NCBI GenBank assembly: GCA_964016885.1
Contig: OZ024741.1
Span: forward strand, 350,672,001 to 350,736,000
Direction: 5' to 3'
From: Eledone cirrhosa
Lineage: Eukaryota
DNA: 64,000 nt
A model generated the notes under the pieces. It did no database searches and was not told the origin of the DNA. It saw only the letters and a list, made by a program, of their open reading frames with translations. Shown here one piece after another: positions 26,305 to 39,427 of the stretch. The translations under genes were made by a program, and so were the position numbers. Each line of letters starts with the position of its first letter. Position 1 is the first letter of the stretch.

Positions 26305-26882
26305 CATGATGATGGCTGCCCCCTCGTTATCAAGTATGGCCATTGCACGATATACCATTATTAATAATTATCAATTAATGCTATCGTGCAATGCCTGTGC
26401 GTGAAGATATTTTTTAAAGTGAGGAAAAACTGTGCACCGAGCCAATCCCACTCTCTGAGCAGCAGTAGCTATAACCCCAAAAGAAGAAAAGATCAACATC
26501 ATCGGTAACTACTGAGCCGCAGGTTTTATACCAGAGTTATCCCAGTTTCCTGAGTTGCCTTCTCCTAGAAGAATGCCCTGACAAAGGCTAGGTTCCTTCA
26601 CTCCCAGTGGTTTAACTGCGCGATCGGGTGTCCAGCCTGACTATTTTTATGTCCCCGCGCATATACATACACATGCACCCATGTATATACACATATACAT
26701 ATACATACATATGTACATGTGTATATACATATTTACACACTTTGGGATGGCCGTTGACTCTTGTGAGTTCTTCCGCCCTTTGTCAGGTTTTGTTTTTTGT
26801 CCTGCAGGGTGTCCAAAATCACCCTCCTCACCAAGTAAACTTGGTGGGGTTGCCGGTTTAGTCGCCGACGACCCGACCATGC
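26305..26882 (-). mobile_element. Second non-autonomous bipartite RTE derivative ending in (TATG)n
   Basis: Homologous 5' blocks, and a tail ggccatacttgataacgagggggcagccatcatc(atgt)n. Confidence 0.65.
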
Positions 26883-26946
26883 GACATGGTGGCTGCCAAC
26901 TCGTTTTCGAGTACGGCCACTACTTTATATCCATGTAGGAGAACCC

Positions 26947-28100
26947 CTACCGATGCGCTGAACGAGTGTGACTTTTTAGTCCAGCCAGCGACTTGAAAAC
27001 TCTGGTACAAACACTACACTTGTGACAATTATTGACACCTAGTGCTGGGCCCATGGTACCATGTGACCCAAGGTGTCGTGTGAGATCACTACTCGACCTG
27101 CATACCCTTCCACAAACATTACATGTCGTCGTCTGATGAACACTTATAGCTCCACAGGTGCCTGCTTCCCTGTTCTTGTGCACTCTTAGGTGACTCTTTA
27201 GACCTGCCATGCTCAGACAAACACTATTACAGGTCTCACATGTCAGGTCAGGCCGTCTGTCAGTGCTTTCGGGAAGGCCAACATGGATTCCTTTCCGGAC
27301 ATCTCTTTTTAGTGTCGCGTGCCTTCTTGTTTCCTCAAATAGACTCTTGCCACTAGCCACTGCTTTCCTCCAATGCGATCGGTCGCTAGCGCATGCTTCC
27401 AAGTGCTCACAAGGGATGTTACTTTTCTTGAGCGCCCCCTTGATGCAGTCATTAAAACGCATCTTGGGTTTTCGCGCGTTCCTTTTTCCCATTTGGAGCT
27501 CGCCATAAAGCAGCTGCTTCGGCAATCGCTTGTCATTCATCCTTACAAGATGGCCTGTCCAGCGCAGCTGATGTTTCAAAATCAAGGACTCGACACTATC
27601 ACAGCCACTTCTGTCCAGAACCTCGACGTCACTGACAAACATTTGCCAAGTTATGCCGAGGATCCGACGTAAGCAGTACTGGTGGAACCTCTCAAGTCGC
27701 TTCATCTGTCTACGGTAGACCACCCACGTCTCATAAGCATGATACACTTTGAGCTTTGTCTTTACCGAAATTCCGTGTTGAGACCAGAGACGCTTGTTCA
27801 GTTTTCCAAAAGCATCACTGGTTTTCTGTATCCTGTTTGATATTTCCCCATCAAGATCGCAGGACATACTCAGAGTGCTTCCAAGATATACAAAACTGCC
27901 AACGACCCTTAGCCTTTCACCATAAACCAAGATATTGGGCTCACAACATGGCTTCCCATGGGCTGGTTGGTACATGGCTACTGTCTTTTTCAGGCTTATG
28001 GTAAGTCCCAATGCAGTACACGCATTAGAAAATGCATCCATGAGATGCTGCATATCAATCTCCGTGTGCGCTACCAGGTCACAGTCATCTGCATAAAGCA
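26947..28100 (-). CDS. 5'-truncated RTE LINE ORF (RT C-terminus plus three C2H2 zinc fingers)
   Basis: LYADD, FVYLGSTLS, LRWTGHLVRMNDKRLPKQLLYGEL, and CxxC-x12-H-x3/4-H three times. The apparent N-terminus is (TATG)n. Confidence 0.9.
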
Positions 28101-28128
28101 TACATACATACATACATACATACATACA

Positions 28129-28162
<34 letters not shown>

Positions 28163-28359
28163 GTCAGTCAACGCGATCAGTCGCATATTTTGGTGTGGGA
28201 GACTATTCATTAAATTTAAGATGAATACTATCTCTGACAGTAATGCCACAACTATCAGTCATGTTGAATAACTGGATATTCTTCTAACTATATCTACTGA
28301 AGACACCTTTTATTCGAATTCGTAGAGATATCCGACTAAATACATAATTCATTTTACAA

Positions 28360-29250
28360 GGATTTGCTACAAACAGCATGGCTGAACACAAAATCAACAA
28401 CAACATCAGTAGAGTACCGAAGAAAAACGAGAAAGGTAAACAACATTTATTCAGTTGTAGCTACAGAAGAAAGCGAAATTATAAATCGCATTTCTCTTGG
28501 AGTTGCGAACTTAATGATGATTTATTTAATTGTTATAAAATGGCAAAAAACAATCCTTCCATTGGCTATATGAACAGAATGAAGCTACACTGTGACGAAA
28601 TACACCCTGAGCTAAATCACTTCACAGCGAAACAATTATGCCAACAAGCGACGTTTGTTGAATGTAAAAATAAGATAAATATTATTAATTGTAAGTCCCC
28701 CACAACAAACATGGAATCAACAACACGTGCTACAGGTCGCCATGCTACTAGACTTCCTAGCAGCCTGGTCGAATAGCGCCTTGAAACAACTATGCCTGTA
28801 AGAAATTTGACACCACGTGTACCGTCTAAGTCTACCTCGAATGCTGGGGAAAACACTATCGATAATAATAATAATCGAAGAAATTTGACACCACGTGTAC
28901 CATCCGAGTCTACCTCGACTGTTGTGGAAAATACAATCGATAATGATAATAATCAAAAGTATAAACAATTGAAAATTTCCCTCAACGAAATCTTCCAGAG
29001 AGAAATTAATTCATGTATAAACATTTCTCTTGCTGAACGTATTAAAACAACAATATTTAATAAAAAAAAAACAAAAACAAATAATGAAATATTACGTGTT
29101 ATTGACGAAATAGGGGATGAATATTTACGACGGATAAAAACCCCAACATTTTGGCAAATCAACGCCTGTTTATATGCCTTAGCAACGACAGTGAAGCATT
29201 ATCTTGGTGATAGCAGAGATATTATCAAGAACAAAACACCACCAAAATAC
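28360..29250 (+). pseudogene. N-terminal part of a non-LTR retrotransposon ORF (R4/Dong-like)
   Basis: GYMNRMKLHCDEIHPELNHFTAKQLCQQA and TFWQINACLYALA. Has a 78-bp internal duplication and is truncated by a Helitron. Confidence 0.5.
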
Positions 29251-29254
29251 CATC

Positions 29255-29520
29255 ATCTATATATCTAAAACAGAGAATGTCTGTCTCTCTGTCTGACTCC
29301 CTAAAACTCGAGAACCACCCAACCGATTCTTTTCAAACTTTACACATGTAATACTTGTGGTCCTGTGAGTGTTTTGAGCAAAAAATATTTCAAATTGTCA
29401 ATGCCCTAGGGACCGCATTAGGCGATTTAGCGATCTCTCTCTATAATTCTTAGTCTTTCTTTATACATAGATATAACGTTGCGCCCTTATAATATCTGTC
29501 TGTTTGTCTGAGTGTCTGCA
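29255..29520 (+). mobile_element. Helitron 5' portion
   Basis: A|TCTATATATCTAAAAC; homologous to 3720-3988. Confidence 0.7.
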
Positions 29521-30289
29521 TTACGACATTATGACGCTATATGTGTGTGTATATATATGTATATATATGTATATATATATAGTGTGTGTATATATATAGT
29601 GTGTAACGTTTTTCGAAATATGGGCCAGTGGTGCATATGTCATGACAATAGCCCAAGGAGTCTCAAGCTCGTTGTGAAATTTTGTGATCATCGAGTACAG
29701 GACAGAGTCGATGTAGAGATTATATGGCAAGATGTGTGTGTCAAGAAGAGAAAAAAGAAATAAACTCTAAAATGACTTTGACCATATTTATGCAGGCGTG
29801 ATGAATGAGCCTGTTGCAATTTGGGTTGAGCTGCCTGTGAATTGCGTGACAAAAAGTCTAACAGGGCAGTGAAGATAACCGTAATGTGTGAACTGAATGG
29901 CCGTAAGCATGCTGCCTAAAAGTAATAGTTTGCTCCATAGCATATGACTTGAGCGAATGCATGTGGTAAAAAAATAGCGAGGCATTCTCGAGCTATTGAG
30001 TGAATGTGTACGTGAAAAAAGAAGGCCAGTGTTTTGAGGATGCGATTTGTGAAATGCGTGATCAATGAGAAAACATTTTGTAGTGTAAGAGTTAGAGGGA
30101 CACAAATATCTATTGCTCAGTGTATGAACCAAAAGTTGAAACAAACGTGGTTTTGTAGTGTGCATGAAAAACAGAATATGTACACGCCTTGTATGTATAT
30201 AAAAATTATGGCAATTACACAATCAATGTTACAGAACAAGAAAAAAAAATGTTTGCAAAACAACAGAACCCTCTGTGTTCAGAGAACGT

Positions 30290-31170
30290 GAAGCCGCCTG
30301 TGAGACGTGGGACCGGCTGGGACTTAGCCCAGTAGACGTCCCTCCTCCTTCTCCCCCTGTTGACGTCAAGTCCCCCCAACGCACTTGGGATGCCATCCAG
30401 TGCAGCCTGGCCTCAGACAGGCTCACGCGCCAGCTCGACCAGCACCGCCTTGCTTGTTTTCGTGCGGCCTCCAAACCCCACAGTGGTGCCTGGCTCCGTG
30501 CTCTGCCCTCCTTCTCCACTGGCACGCAGCTAGACAACCATAGCCTGCGAATCGGCGTTTCCCTGAGACTCGGCTTCCGGATCTGCCAGCCACACCAGTG
30601 TCGCTGCGGTTCCACCGTGGACTCTTTCGGCCTCCACCCGCTTTCCTGTCGCCACAGTGCCGGCCGTATTCCACGCCATACTGCCCTCAACGAGGTCATT
30701 AAGCATGGCTTGGACGCTGCAGGCTTTCCCTCCCAGCTCGAGCCGGTGGGGCTGGATCGAGGGGACGGCAAAAGGCCAGATGGCATGACCTCTTCCCGTT
30801 CCGCGGTGGAAAACCCCTCGTCTGGGATGCCACTTGCACCGACACTTTCTGAAGCCGCAACTTGGTACAGTCTGCGACTGACCCAGGTTCTGCTGCACGT
30901 CGGGCTGAGGGGGCCAAACTCCTCAAATATCGGTCGCTCTCCGACAGGTTTGCGGTCGTTCCTCTGGCAGTGGAAACTTCTGGTGTCCTCGGCCCCAGGG
31001 CTACCTCCTTACTCACCACCATAGGCGCTGAGCTGGCCAGCCGTAGGTGTGAGCCCCGCGAGTTGGAGTGGCTTTTCCAGCGCGTCTCCGCCGTCCCCCG
31101 GGGAAACGCCTTCTCCATTCTGTCCGCCGGGGCTGTGGGTGGGCCCCATCGCGTACCATTACATTAGTTA
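30290..31170 (+). mobile_element. 5'-truncated CRE-like non-LTR retrotransposon (zinc knuckle + restriction-like endonuclease)
   Basis: SGAWLRALPS, LRLG, CRC..VD..GLHPLSC, RH..LN, GKRPDG.T, then after a frameshift VWDATC.DT and PLAVETSG. GC-rich island. Confidence 0.85.
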
Positions 31171-31689
31171 AATACCATTCTTTCATCTCATACATATATA
31201 TAGCTTTTATTACTCTAATATGTATATTTATTTTGATGAAAAATAAATATATAGCAGCCTATCATCTGTATTGCAGATTAGTGTTATAACTGATGGAAAT
31301 CACTTTTAGCTCTCTGTGCCTCTACCCTAAGACGTAACATCCTTTTCAGCCCTTGAGTTTGAGACCCTTGCCTTACACATAATCCTTACCGACACATATA
31401 CTCAAAACACTTGATTTCTTTCCAACTTCCAAAGTGTCTCCCAAACCTTCACTGTTTCCACACTAATGTTTGTTCTTAAATAGTGTTTCTAATAGATAAT
31501 GTTCATAATAAATAATGTTCTTCCTGACATGAGCACATGGTCACTAAAAATTGCAATTGTTCAAGCAGAAAATTCATTGTATTTGAAACTGGAAATAGTA
31601 AACACAAGGGAAATGGGAATGTTTTGGAAGAAGAATGATTAAGAAACTCACTTGAGGTTAACGGTAATTCACATATTGTGCCAACTTGG

Positions 31690-34600
31690 CGGGCACGTCG
31701 TCCGCTTCTCGTGAGTGGAGATGAAACAGGTGGCTTGCTGGGACAGCAATCTGTTGGAGTTTCTGGTGTAGAGACTGTAACAGTATCCATGATGGCTTTT
31801 TTTAATCTGTCCACGCTGACAGAATTCTGTTTACCATCTAGATCGAGAATAAAATATTTCGGATATTTTTTTAGAACACGATAAGGGCCAGAATATGGAG
31901 GTGGAAGATGAGCTGAGATGGTGTCGTTTCGAATGAAAACGTGTGTCCAATCTTTAATGTCTGAAGGTACGTGTGTGGCCGTGTTCTGTTGACGGGTGCT
32001 TGCAGGAGCAAGGTGAGACATATATTGTCGAAGACGGTGTACGTATGATCCTGGGTCTGGAACATCCTGAGGAGAGATGGGAGCAACCATCTGACCAGGT
32101 AGAACCAGGGTGGTGCCGTACACTAATTCTGCAGGTGTGTGTCCGAATTCCGCCTTAACGATGGATCGAATGCCCAGAAGGATGAGTGGCAGGTATTCAA
32201 ACCAGTGGGTCTTGTCTGGATATGCTTTTATTGCAGCTTTCAATTGGCGATGGAATCTTTCCACGAGACCATTAGCTTGCGGGTGATAAGCTGTCGTGTG
32301 GATGTGTTTACATCCTAACAGACGAGTCAGTTCCCTGAAGAGGTGGGAGTCAAACTGGCGTCCTCTGTCCGTTGTTATCTTCTCTGGGGCGCCATAACGT
32401 GATACCCAGTGTAAAACCAAAGTTTTAGCGACTGTTTCCGCTGAGGTATCATTTATGGGAGAAGCTTCAGGCCAACGGGAAAATCGATCTATGCAGGTGA
32501 GTAAGTGTGTGTAGTTCTGTGATGGTGGTAGAGATCCGACGATGTCGATATGCACATGATGAAAACGTGCATCAGGTTGCGCGAATGTGCCGAGTGGAGT
32601 TTTAATGTGTCTGTGGACTTTGGCTTTCTGGCAGGCAATGCAGCTCCTGGACCAGTCGCGCACGTCCTTGTTAATGTTAGTCCACACAAAACGAGCAGAG
32701 ATGAGTTTCTGTGTAGCCCGGATTCCCGGGTGAGACAAGCAGTGTAACGCAGAAAAAAACTTGTCGACGATGCATCTGTGGTACGTACGGTCGTTCATGA
32801 CCGGTAGAAAGGTCGCACCAAATTTGTCCCGGAGGAGAAGGAATGGGAACTTGCTGAAACTTGAGGGATGGCGAATCTCGGAGCTTGATAAACTCTTCGT
32901 CAGTCTCTTGGTCAGCTGCGATCTGTTGAAGGTCGATGCCTGAATGCACATGTATTGCGTTCAGCTGGATTTGGGACAGGGCGTCGGCTGCTACGTTGTC
33001 TGATCCCTTGATATGCCGAATATCAGTTGAATATTGGGAAACAAAATCCAGGTGTCGGAGTTCTCTCGGTAATTGTCGATCAGGTTTGGTATGGAACGCA
33101 TAAACTAGTGGTTTATGGTCCGTGTAGATCACGAAATCTGATCCTTAGAGCATGTGCCGAAAATGCTTAACCGAAAGATAGGTTGCCAAGAGTTCGTGGC
33201 CAAAGGTACTGTATTTCGTTTCTGCCGGTTGCAACCGCTTAGAAAAGAAGGATAAGGGTTGCCAAACGCCGTCGACATGTTGTAAAACGCCTCCAACTCC
33301 CGTGTCTGATGCGTCCACTAACAGCGAAAGAGGAGCGCCAAACCTGGGGAAAACGAGCATGGAAGCATTTGCCAACATTTCCTTCAGGCGGTTAAAAGAT
33401 GTTAATTCTTCCTCGTTTAGAGTGATCTCTTCGTTTTTGCGAGTCCGGTTACGAAGAAGGTCCGTGAGGAGTCTGGCTGCGTCGCAACAATGAGGGATAA
33501 AACGCCTATAAAAATTCACCAGACCGAGGAATTCACGCAGTTTCCGAAGTGATGTAGGTGCGGGAAAACTGCGGATAGCTTCTACTTTCTCGGGAAGTGG
33601 ACGAATGCCGTCTTTATCGATGATGGACCTGATAAAAGAAAAGTGAAGGAACGCCGAGAAGGCACTTGCTGGGGTTGATGATAATACCGTACTCGGCCAA
33701 ACGTTGGAAAAGGAGATCTAAGTGCTTCTCGTCTTCTTGCTCGAAGTACTTGTTACCAGCACGTCGTCGATATACGCGTATACGAATGGTAGATCACGTA
33801 ACACGGTGTCAATAAACCGCTGAAAAGTTTGTGCAGCGTTGCGCATACCGAACGGCATTCGCAGGAATTCAAATAAACCGAACGGTGTTGTGATTGCGGT
33901 CTTCGGAATGTCTGCAGGCTCCATATGTATCTGGTTATATGCACGCACCAAATCTATCTTGGAAAAGATGCGTGCGCCTTGCGGAGAGGCAGAAAAGTCG
34001 TGCAAGTGAGGTACAGGGTAATTATCGGGTACTGTAGAATTGTTAAGTGCACGATAATCCCCACATGGTCGCCAATAATTCTCATTTTTTTAGGAACAAG
34101 GTGTAGGGGTGCAGACCAGTTGCTGGAGGAAGGGCGAATGATTCCGAGGTCCAGCATGTGTTGAAACTCCTGTTTGGCGATTCTCAATCGGTCTGGAGGC
34201 AGTCTCCTTGGTCAGGCAACTGTGGGTGGTCCGCTTGTCTCGATGTGATGTGTGATACTATGCTTAATAGGTCTATCCTTAAATACCGGGCGAGTGATGT
34301 CTGGGTATTTCTGGAGAATGCCGTTGTAACGCGAAGGCTCTGACTGGCAAATTACAGGGCTCACTGTGGATTGCGTGGTAAATATACCTTTCACAGTGAG
34401 GTTTGTGATGGTGTCAATAAGCCTCCGGTTTTTCATGTCCACCAGAAGGTTGAAGTGGTGGAGAAAATCGGCTCCTAAGATAGGGGTCGGCAGGTCTGCC
34501 ACGACGAACACCCATTGAAAACGACGCCTCAGACCTAAATTGAGGGTCAGTGATTTCTCCCCGAAAGTCGGAATTGACGATTGGTTCACTGCCTGCAGAA

Positions 34601-34780
34601 AGGACGGTGTTGGGTGTCTTTTGCCCGAGATTAGTGAAACAAGAATAACACTAACCTGGGCTCCTGTATCCACGAGGTAACGGATGCCTGTCGCTTGGTC
34701 GTTGATAAAAAATAGACAACTTTTCTTTTCAGTACCAGGGGTGAACGTCGTCGCTAGACCCTGGTCTGCCCGTTTCCCTG
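31690..34780 (-). pseudogene. pol: Gypsy pol (PR-RT-RH-IN) with multiple frameshifts
   Basis: ORFs 34212-34802, 33718-34005, 33145-33519, 32677-33132 and 31503-32951 carry consecutive pol motifs. Confidence 0.92.
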
Positions 34781-35084
34781 GGTGGAATTCTGGAAAGAGC
34801 ACGGGGCCCTACACTTAGATGCCTGAGCGCCGAATTCTTCGTGATACCAGCAGAGGTTGCCAGACACACGATTTTGACTGGGACTTCTGGATCTTCGACG
34901 GTGAAAGGGCCTGGATCGACTGTTGCTGCGCCGCCGGTGTGTTTGAAAGGTCAGGTTCTCTACTTGATTTGAGAGGGCTTTAATTTGACCAGCCCGCTCT
35001 CTGATCATAGCCCACAGCTCTGAAATCTCGGCCTCTGTCGTTGGTTGTGACATGTCCATGTTGGTATCTTCTTAGGTGCTATCT

Positions 35085-35116
35085 GGTTGCGCGTTCGAAT
35101 CACGTCGGGGTCACCA
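35085..35116 (-). promoter_or_regulatory. Primer-binding site complementary to the tRNA-Trp 3' end (extended)
   Basis: Plus strand ggttgcgcgttcgaatcacgtcggggtcacca, 2 nt from the LTR end. Confidence 0.85.
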
Positions 35117-35719
35117 ATTGTAGCGACGTGGTTGGTCAGTCTGGTCACTACTTTCGATCAGATCCGAGAATAGCCCTTAAAAGGACTGTTATCGCATACA
35201 GTCTGATCGTATCTGAAGATAGCCCTTAAAAGAACTGTTGTCACATACGGTAAGGATGAACAGACGAAAGCACAAGTTGAAAGGACGAAGCAAGGCGAGA
35301 GATTTAGTTTCGATCAGCTATTTATTTTCACATGAAGCGACGATACAAGGTACAAGGCGTGTGTGAGTGACAAGCGTGGCAGAGGAGAGGAACAACGATA
35401 CGCTAGCTGACTCTGCCAAAGGTCGACTGGCGAAAGTGTTTGGAACCACTCTATTTATACAGAAATAATCGTTTGATGTTTAGTCGCTGCGTAGGCGTTT
35501 ATTCTGGTGGATTCTAAGGGTTGTTTGTTTCACGGTGAGGTAGCTAGCTAACAGATAGATGGAGCTGTATATTTCACAGATGTTATTTCCGGTGGCTGTA
35601 CATATGTAACTCTTTAAACTTAAGGTAACGTTGTGTAACGTTATTTACTGTCACTTTCAAGTTATTGAAGTTAACATGCACACATATATACATACAGATC
35701 TCTAAGTTTTTTTCGCTGG

Positions 35720-37500
35720 ACCCCCCACCCTCCTGGTTTTACTTATCTATTTATTTGTTTATTTTTAGGCCCCCCCTCCCCTTTTTTGTCTTGTTTTCTG
35801 TTGCTTCCGGATCTGGTGTAGGTGAGCTATGATGCCTCACTCATATCATCACCCTGCCCACATCCTCTTGGTTCCGTTTCTTCCCATCCACCCACATACC
35901 GTTGAGCCTAACACCTTGGCCGGTGTCAACTAGCCACTCGCCCTTGATGCCGCTAAGTGCTCCAGTCCCCGGCTCCACGCCCCACCCTTCATACCCACCA
36001 ATCGACACCTGCAGCACCAAGAACTAGCGGAAGAGGGGCCTGAACTGTTCGGGATGCGGCTGTTTCCACCACCTTTCTTGTGTTGGCTTGATGTGTCGAG
36101 CCTCCAGTGCCCTCGCAGCGTGGAGATGCAGCAACTGTCCCTCCCTCTCGTCTGCTCATCCGCGGCCGTCCACTATACCACCAGATAAGATAGCGAGCTT
36201 GTCTGATGCTCAAGCCTCGCTGGTCAATATCACTCGACTCAGGCGGTTCCGGAAGATTCAGCTCAAGATCCGGAGACCAGCTCGCGTGCCGGTTGCCGAT
36301 GCCCTCGCATTCTCAATCGAGAGGGCCCTGGAATCTACTCGAGCCAGCGTCAGGGACCACCTTTTCTATTTCACCCCACTCACCCTCGGCCTCCCAGCTC
36401 TGGCGCTGATCGAGGTGGCCTGTCGACGGCAGCTTTTGCTAAGGCCAATGTTTCATCCTTTAGGCAAGCGCTCATCCCAAGTGTGCCCAAGGACTCCACA
36501 CCCCCTATCTCAGGTGCCCTCAATCCTCCACCCCTGAGGCTAGCACAAAGCGTTTACGCGACCGCGTAAACGCTAAACTAATCGATCGTGATATCTCGGC
36601 TGCAGTCAGAGTGGTTGCCCCAGAGAGAGCACTGTCCTCCACCCCACCAAGGAGGTCCTAGCTTCCCTTCGACTCAAGCACCTTGAACCACCCGCCGACC
36701 TCAGACCCATACCACCACCTGATCCTCACCTGCTCTTTGTGGCTTCCGACGCAGATATCATGCCTGCCATCAGGTCCTTTCCAGCCAGCAGCAGCGACCA
36801 CCTCAAGGGTTGTTATCCCCCTCTCCACTGCGGTCGGGCGCCGCCTTCTGAGGGGTTGTTATCCCCCTCTCCACTGAGGTCGGGCGCCGCCTTCTGAGCG
36901 CAATTATGACACTCACTAACTGGTTTATCCATGACGCCCTCGACCCTTAAACCCGAGGCCTCTTTTTTCGACCAGCCTGATCGCTGTGGGCAATGTCTTC
37001 CGGAAGCTGGCTGCTAAGGTGGTCTGCAGGTCCATCACACCTGAACTGAGCGGTTCCTGGCTCCACGCCTTACTCTCCTTTTCTACAGGTACGAAGCTGC
37101 TCTCAACGAGATGATAAACCTTGGCTTGGATACTGCAGGCTTCCCCTCCCAGCTCGAGCCGGTGGGTCTGGACCGAGGGGATGACAAAAGTCCAGACGGC
37201 ACGACCATCTTCCTGTTCCGCGGTGGTAAACCCCTCGTCTAGAATGCCATATGCAGCGACACATTCTCCAGCGGCAAGATGGTGCAGTCTGCGACTAACC
37301 CAGGCTCTGCTGCACTTCGGGATGAGGAGGGTAAACTCTCCAAGTATCGGTCGCTCTCCGACAGGTTTGCGGTCGAGCCCCTAGCAGTGGAGACTTCTGG
37401 TGCCCTTGGCTCTTCCAGTGCATCTCCTCTGGGGAAATGCATTCTCTATTCTGGCCACCGGGACCGAGGGGCGGCCAGCGCGCGGGACCCCATTTCCTTA
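35720..37500 (+). mobile_element. CRE-like non-LTR retrotransposon with large internal deletions
   Basis: RVNAKLIDRDISAAVRVVA, IAVGNVFRKLAAK, then a jump to WLHAL and AGFPSQLEPVGLDRGD. The 3' part is homologous to 30480-31150. Confidence 0.8.
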
Positions 37501-37832
37501 TAATAGCGAGAAATGGAGAGGGCGAGAGAGATGGAGGCGATGGCAGTGAGAGTTCAGCTCCTCTGTATTCGGACCTGGTGTATGTGTGTGTATGTTTACT
37601 TCTATTCATTCGATACGACAGTATCTACGCTCCCTAGTAGTTATAGATCTACCAATCACCCTCCCCCATCACCCCTCCCCTTTCTTCTGCGACACTAGAG
37701 CTCTTACCATCCCCTTCCCGTTTTTTTTCTTCTTTCTTTTTCCCTCTTTTCTCTATATTTCCCTATTCTTTTTTTCCTTTTGTTTCCTTTTCTTTTGTTT
37801 GTTATTGCCGTTATTATAGTTGTCATTATTGA

Positions 37833-38200
37833 GTATCGGTAGAGCGTCAGACGCCAGGCTTTGCAGCATAGAGTTATGGCCCTTTACGTGCTGAGTTCTA
37901 ATCCCACCATGGTTAACTTTGCCTTTCATCCTTACGGGGTCGATGAAATAAAGTACCAGTCACGCACTGGGGTCAATTTAATCGACTCCCCACCCCTCAA
38001 ATTACTGGCCTTGTGCCTCTACTAGAAATCATTATTGAGTATCGGTAGAGCGCCAGAGGCCATGCTTTGCAGCATAGAGTTATGGCCCTTTACGTTCTGA
38101 GTTAAAATCTCACCGAGGTTAACTTTGCCTTTAATCCATACAGGGTCGATAAAATGAAGTACCAGTAATGCACTGGCTTGTGCCAAAAGTAGAAACAATT
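37833..38200 (+). mobile_element. Two tandem Meta-domain-like SINEs
   Basis: Copies at 37833-38035 and 38038-38200. Confidence 0.85.
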
Positions 38201-38949
38201 ATTGAGGAGGGAGAATTAAGATGGAGTGGATAGTGTGGGAAGATAGAGCTGCGTAAAGAAGGTGATAAATGATGTAGCCATGAAATTTTAACTGGTTAGT
38301 GGCAGAAGGTGATGAAGGTGTGTGGGTAGGAAAGGAGTCAGTGAAAAGGAGGAAAAGTTTGGTGGGATTGGCAGAATTATGTGGGAGAAGGGATATGTAT
38401 ACAATCATACATATGTATACAACAACTATCTGTTCGCACAGATACATAAATATACATACATATAAAAGTGATATCATTATCTATAAAAGGTACATTGTTG
38501 TTGGTGTGTGTGTGTGTGCATGTTCCATGTTTATACATTTGCACAATTTCAAACCGATTCGACTCAAAGTCTGTAAGAATATTGTAAATGGTCTAACTTA
38601 GGTCAAGGACTATTTATTTCATTCACACTCACCCATAATGACGGAAATAATCGATAACACTAAATACATGACGCTTTATCCCTCTAATACAATCAGATTT
38701 CTTCTCTCTACTCTCCTTAAACTTTAAGAGAGAGAGAACGTTTGATTTTGAGTGTGGAACGGTCAAACATTTATTTACTTCAATGACAAAGAGAAGTTAT
38801 TACATTTCATACGAAACAACAATTATTCAAAAGCAACAGATAAATTTATTCAACAACAAAAAAAATAGCGATAAATCTTTTTTAAAACATCTATCAACGA
38901 ACGTGGAAGAAAGAAGTATCAGTTCATTTACTATACACAATAATATCCT

Positions 38950-39118
38950 CTATGAGGTCACTAAACCTGCTAGAAACAGCAGCTAACTCTCCCCCATATC
39001 ACACCACTCCCTTAAATTTAGAAAACATATCTTCTATGAGGTCAATAAACCTGCTAGAAAGAGCAGCTAACTCTCCCCCATTTCACACCCCTCCATATTG
39101 TCTTAAATTTAGAAAACA
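38950..39118. repeat. Two ~84-bp tandem repeats
   Basis: ctatgaggtca.taaacctgctagaaa.agcagctaactctccccca occurs twice. Confidence 0.85.
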
Positions 39119-39242
39119 CACATTAGACAACCATGCAGAACAACTCCATTGCAGCTCTGTTGTTCGGCTGGCATCGTCTACGCGCGTGTTGCGTAAGTAC
39201 TGTGAAACAATAAATTTCAACACTTCTTTGCACAGAGATAAT

Positions 39243-39330
<88 letters not shown>

Positions 39331-39427
39331 AAATGAAGTATTTCCGTCAGAAAGGTACAGGAAAAAGAGTGCTCTATGTAGGTTACAGAGCTTATTAGTT
39401 ATGTAATAAACAACATAAGATAATTAT

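Larger units (their letters stand above)
31690..35602 (-). mobile_element. Ty3/Gypsy LTR retrotransposon (CsRn1-like), 5' LTR present, 3'-truncated, gag partly deleted
   Basis: LTR ~35119-35602, tRNA-Trp PBS, gag CWYH..FG..A..C..PC, PR LVDTGA, RT YIDD, RNase H DAS/TDHKPL, IN HHCC plus DDE and GPY. Confidence 0.93.

Noticed and set aside
31503-31690. C-terminal extension of integrase in the 482-aa ORF
   Set aside because: It is read-through into unrelated flank after truncation at TRSGRR.
35085-35116. tRNA-Trp gene
   Set aside because: Only the 3' 32 nt with encoded CCA are present, directly beside an LTR, so it is a PBS.
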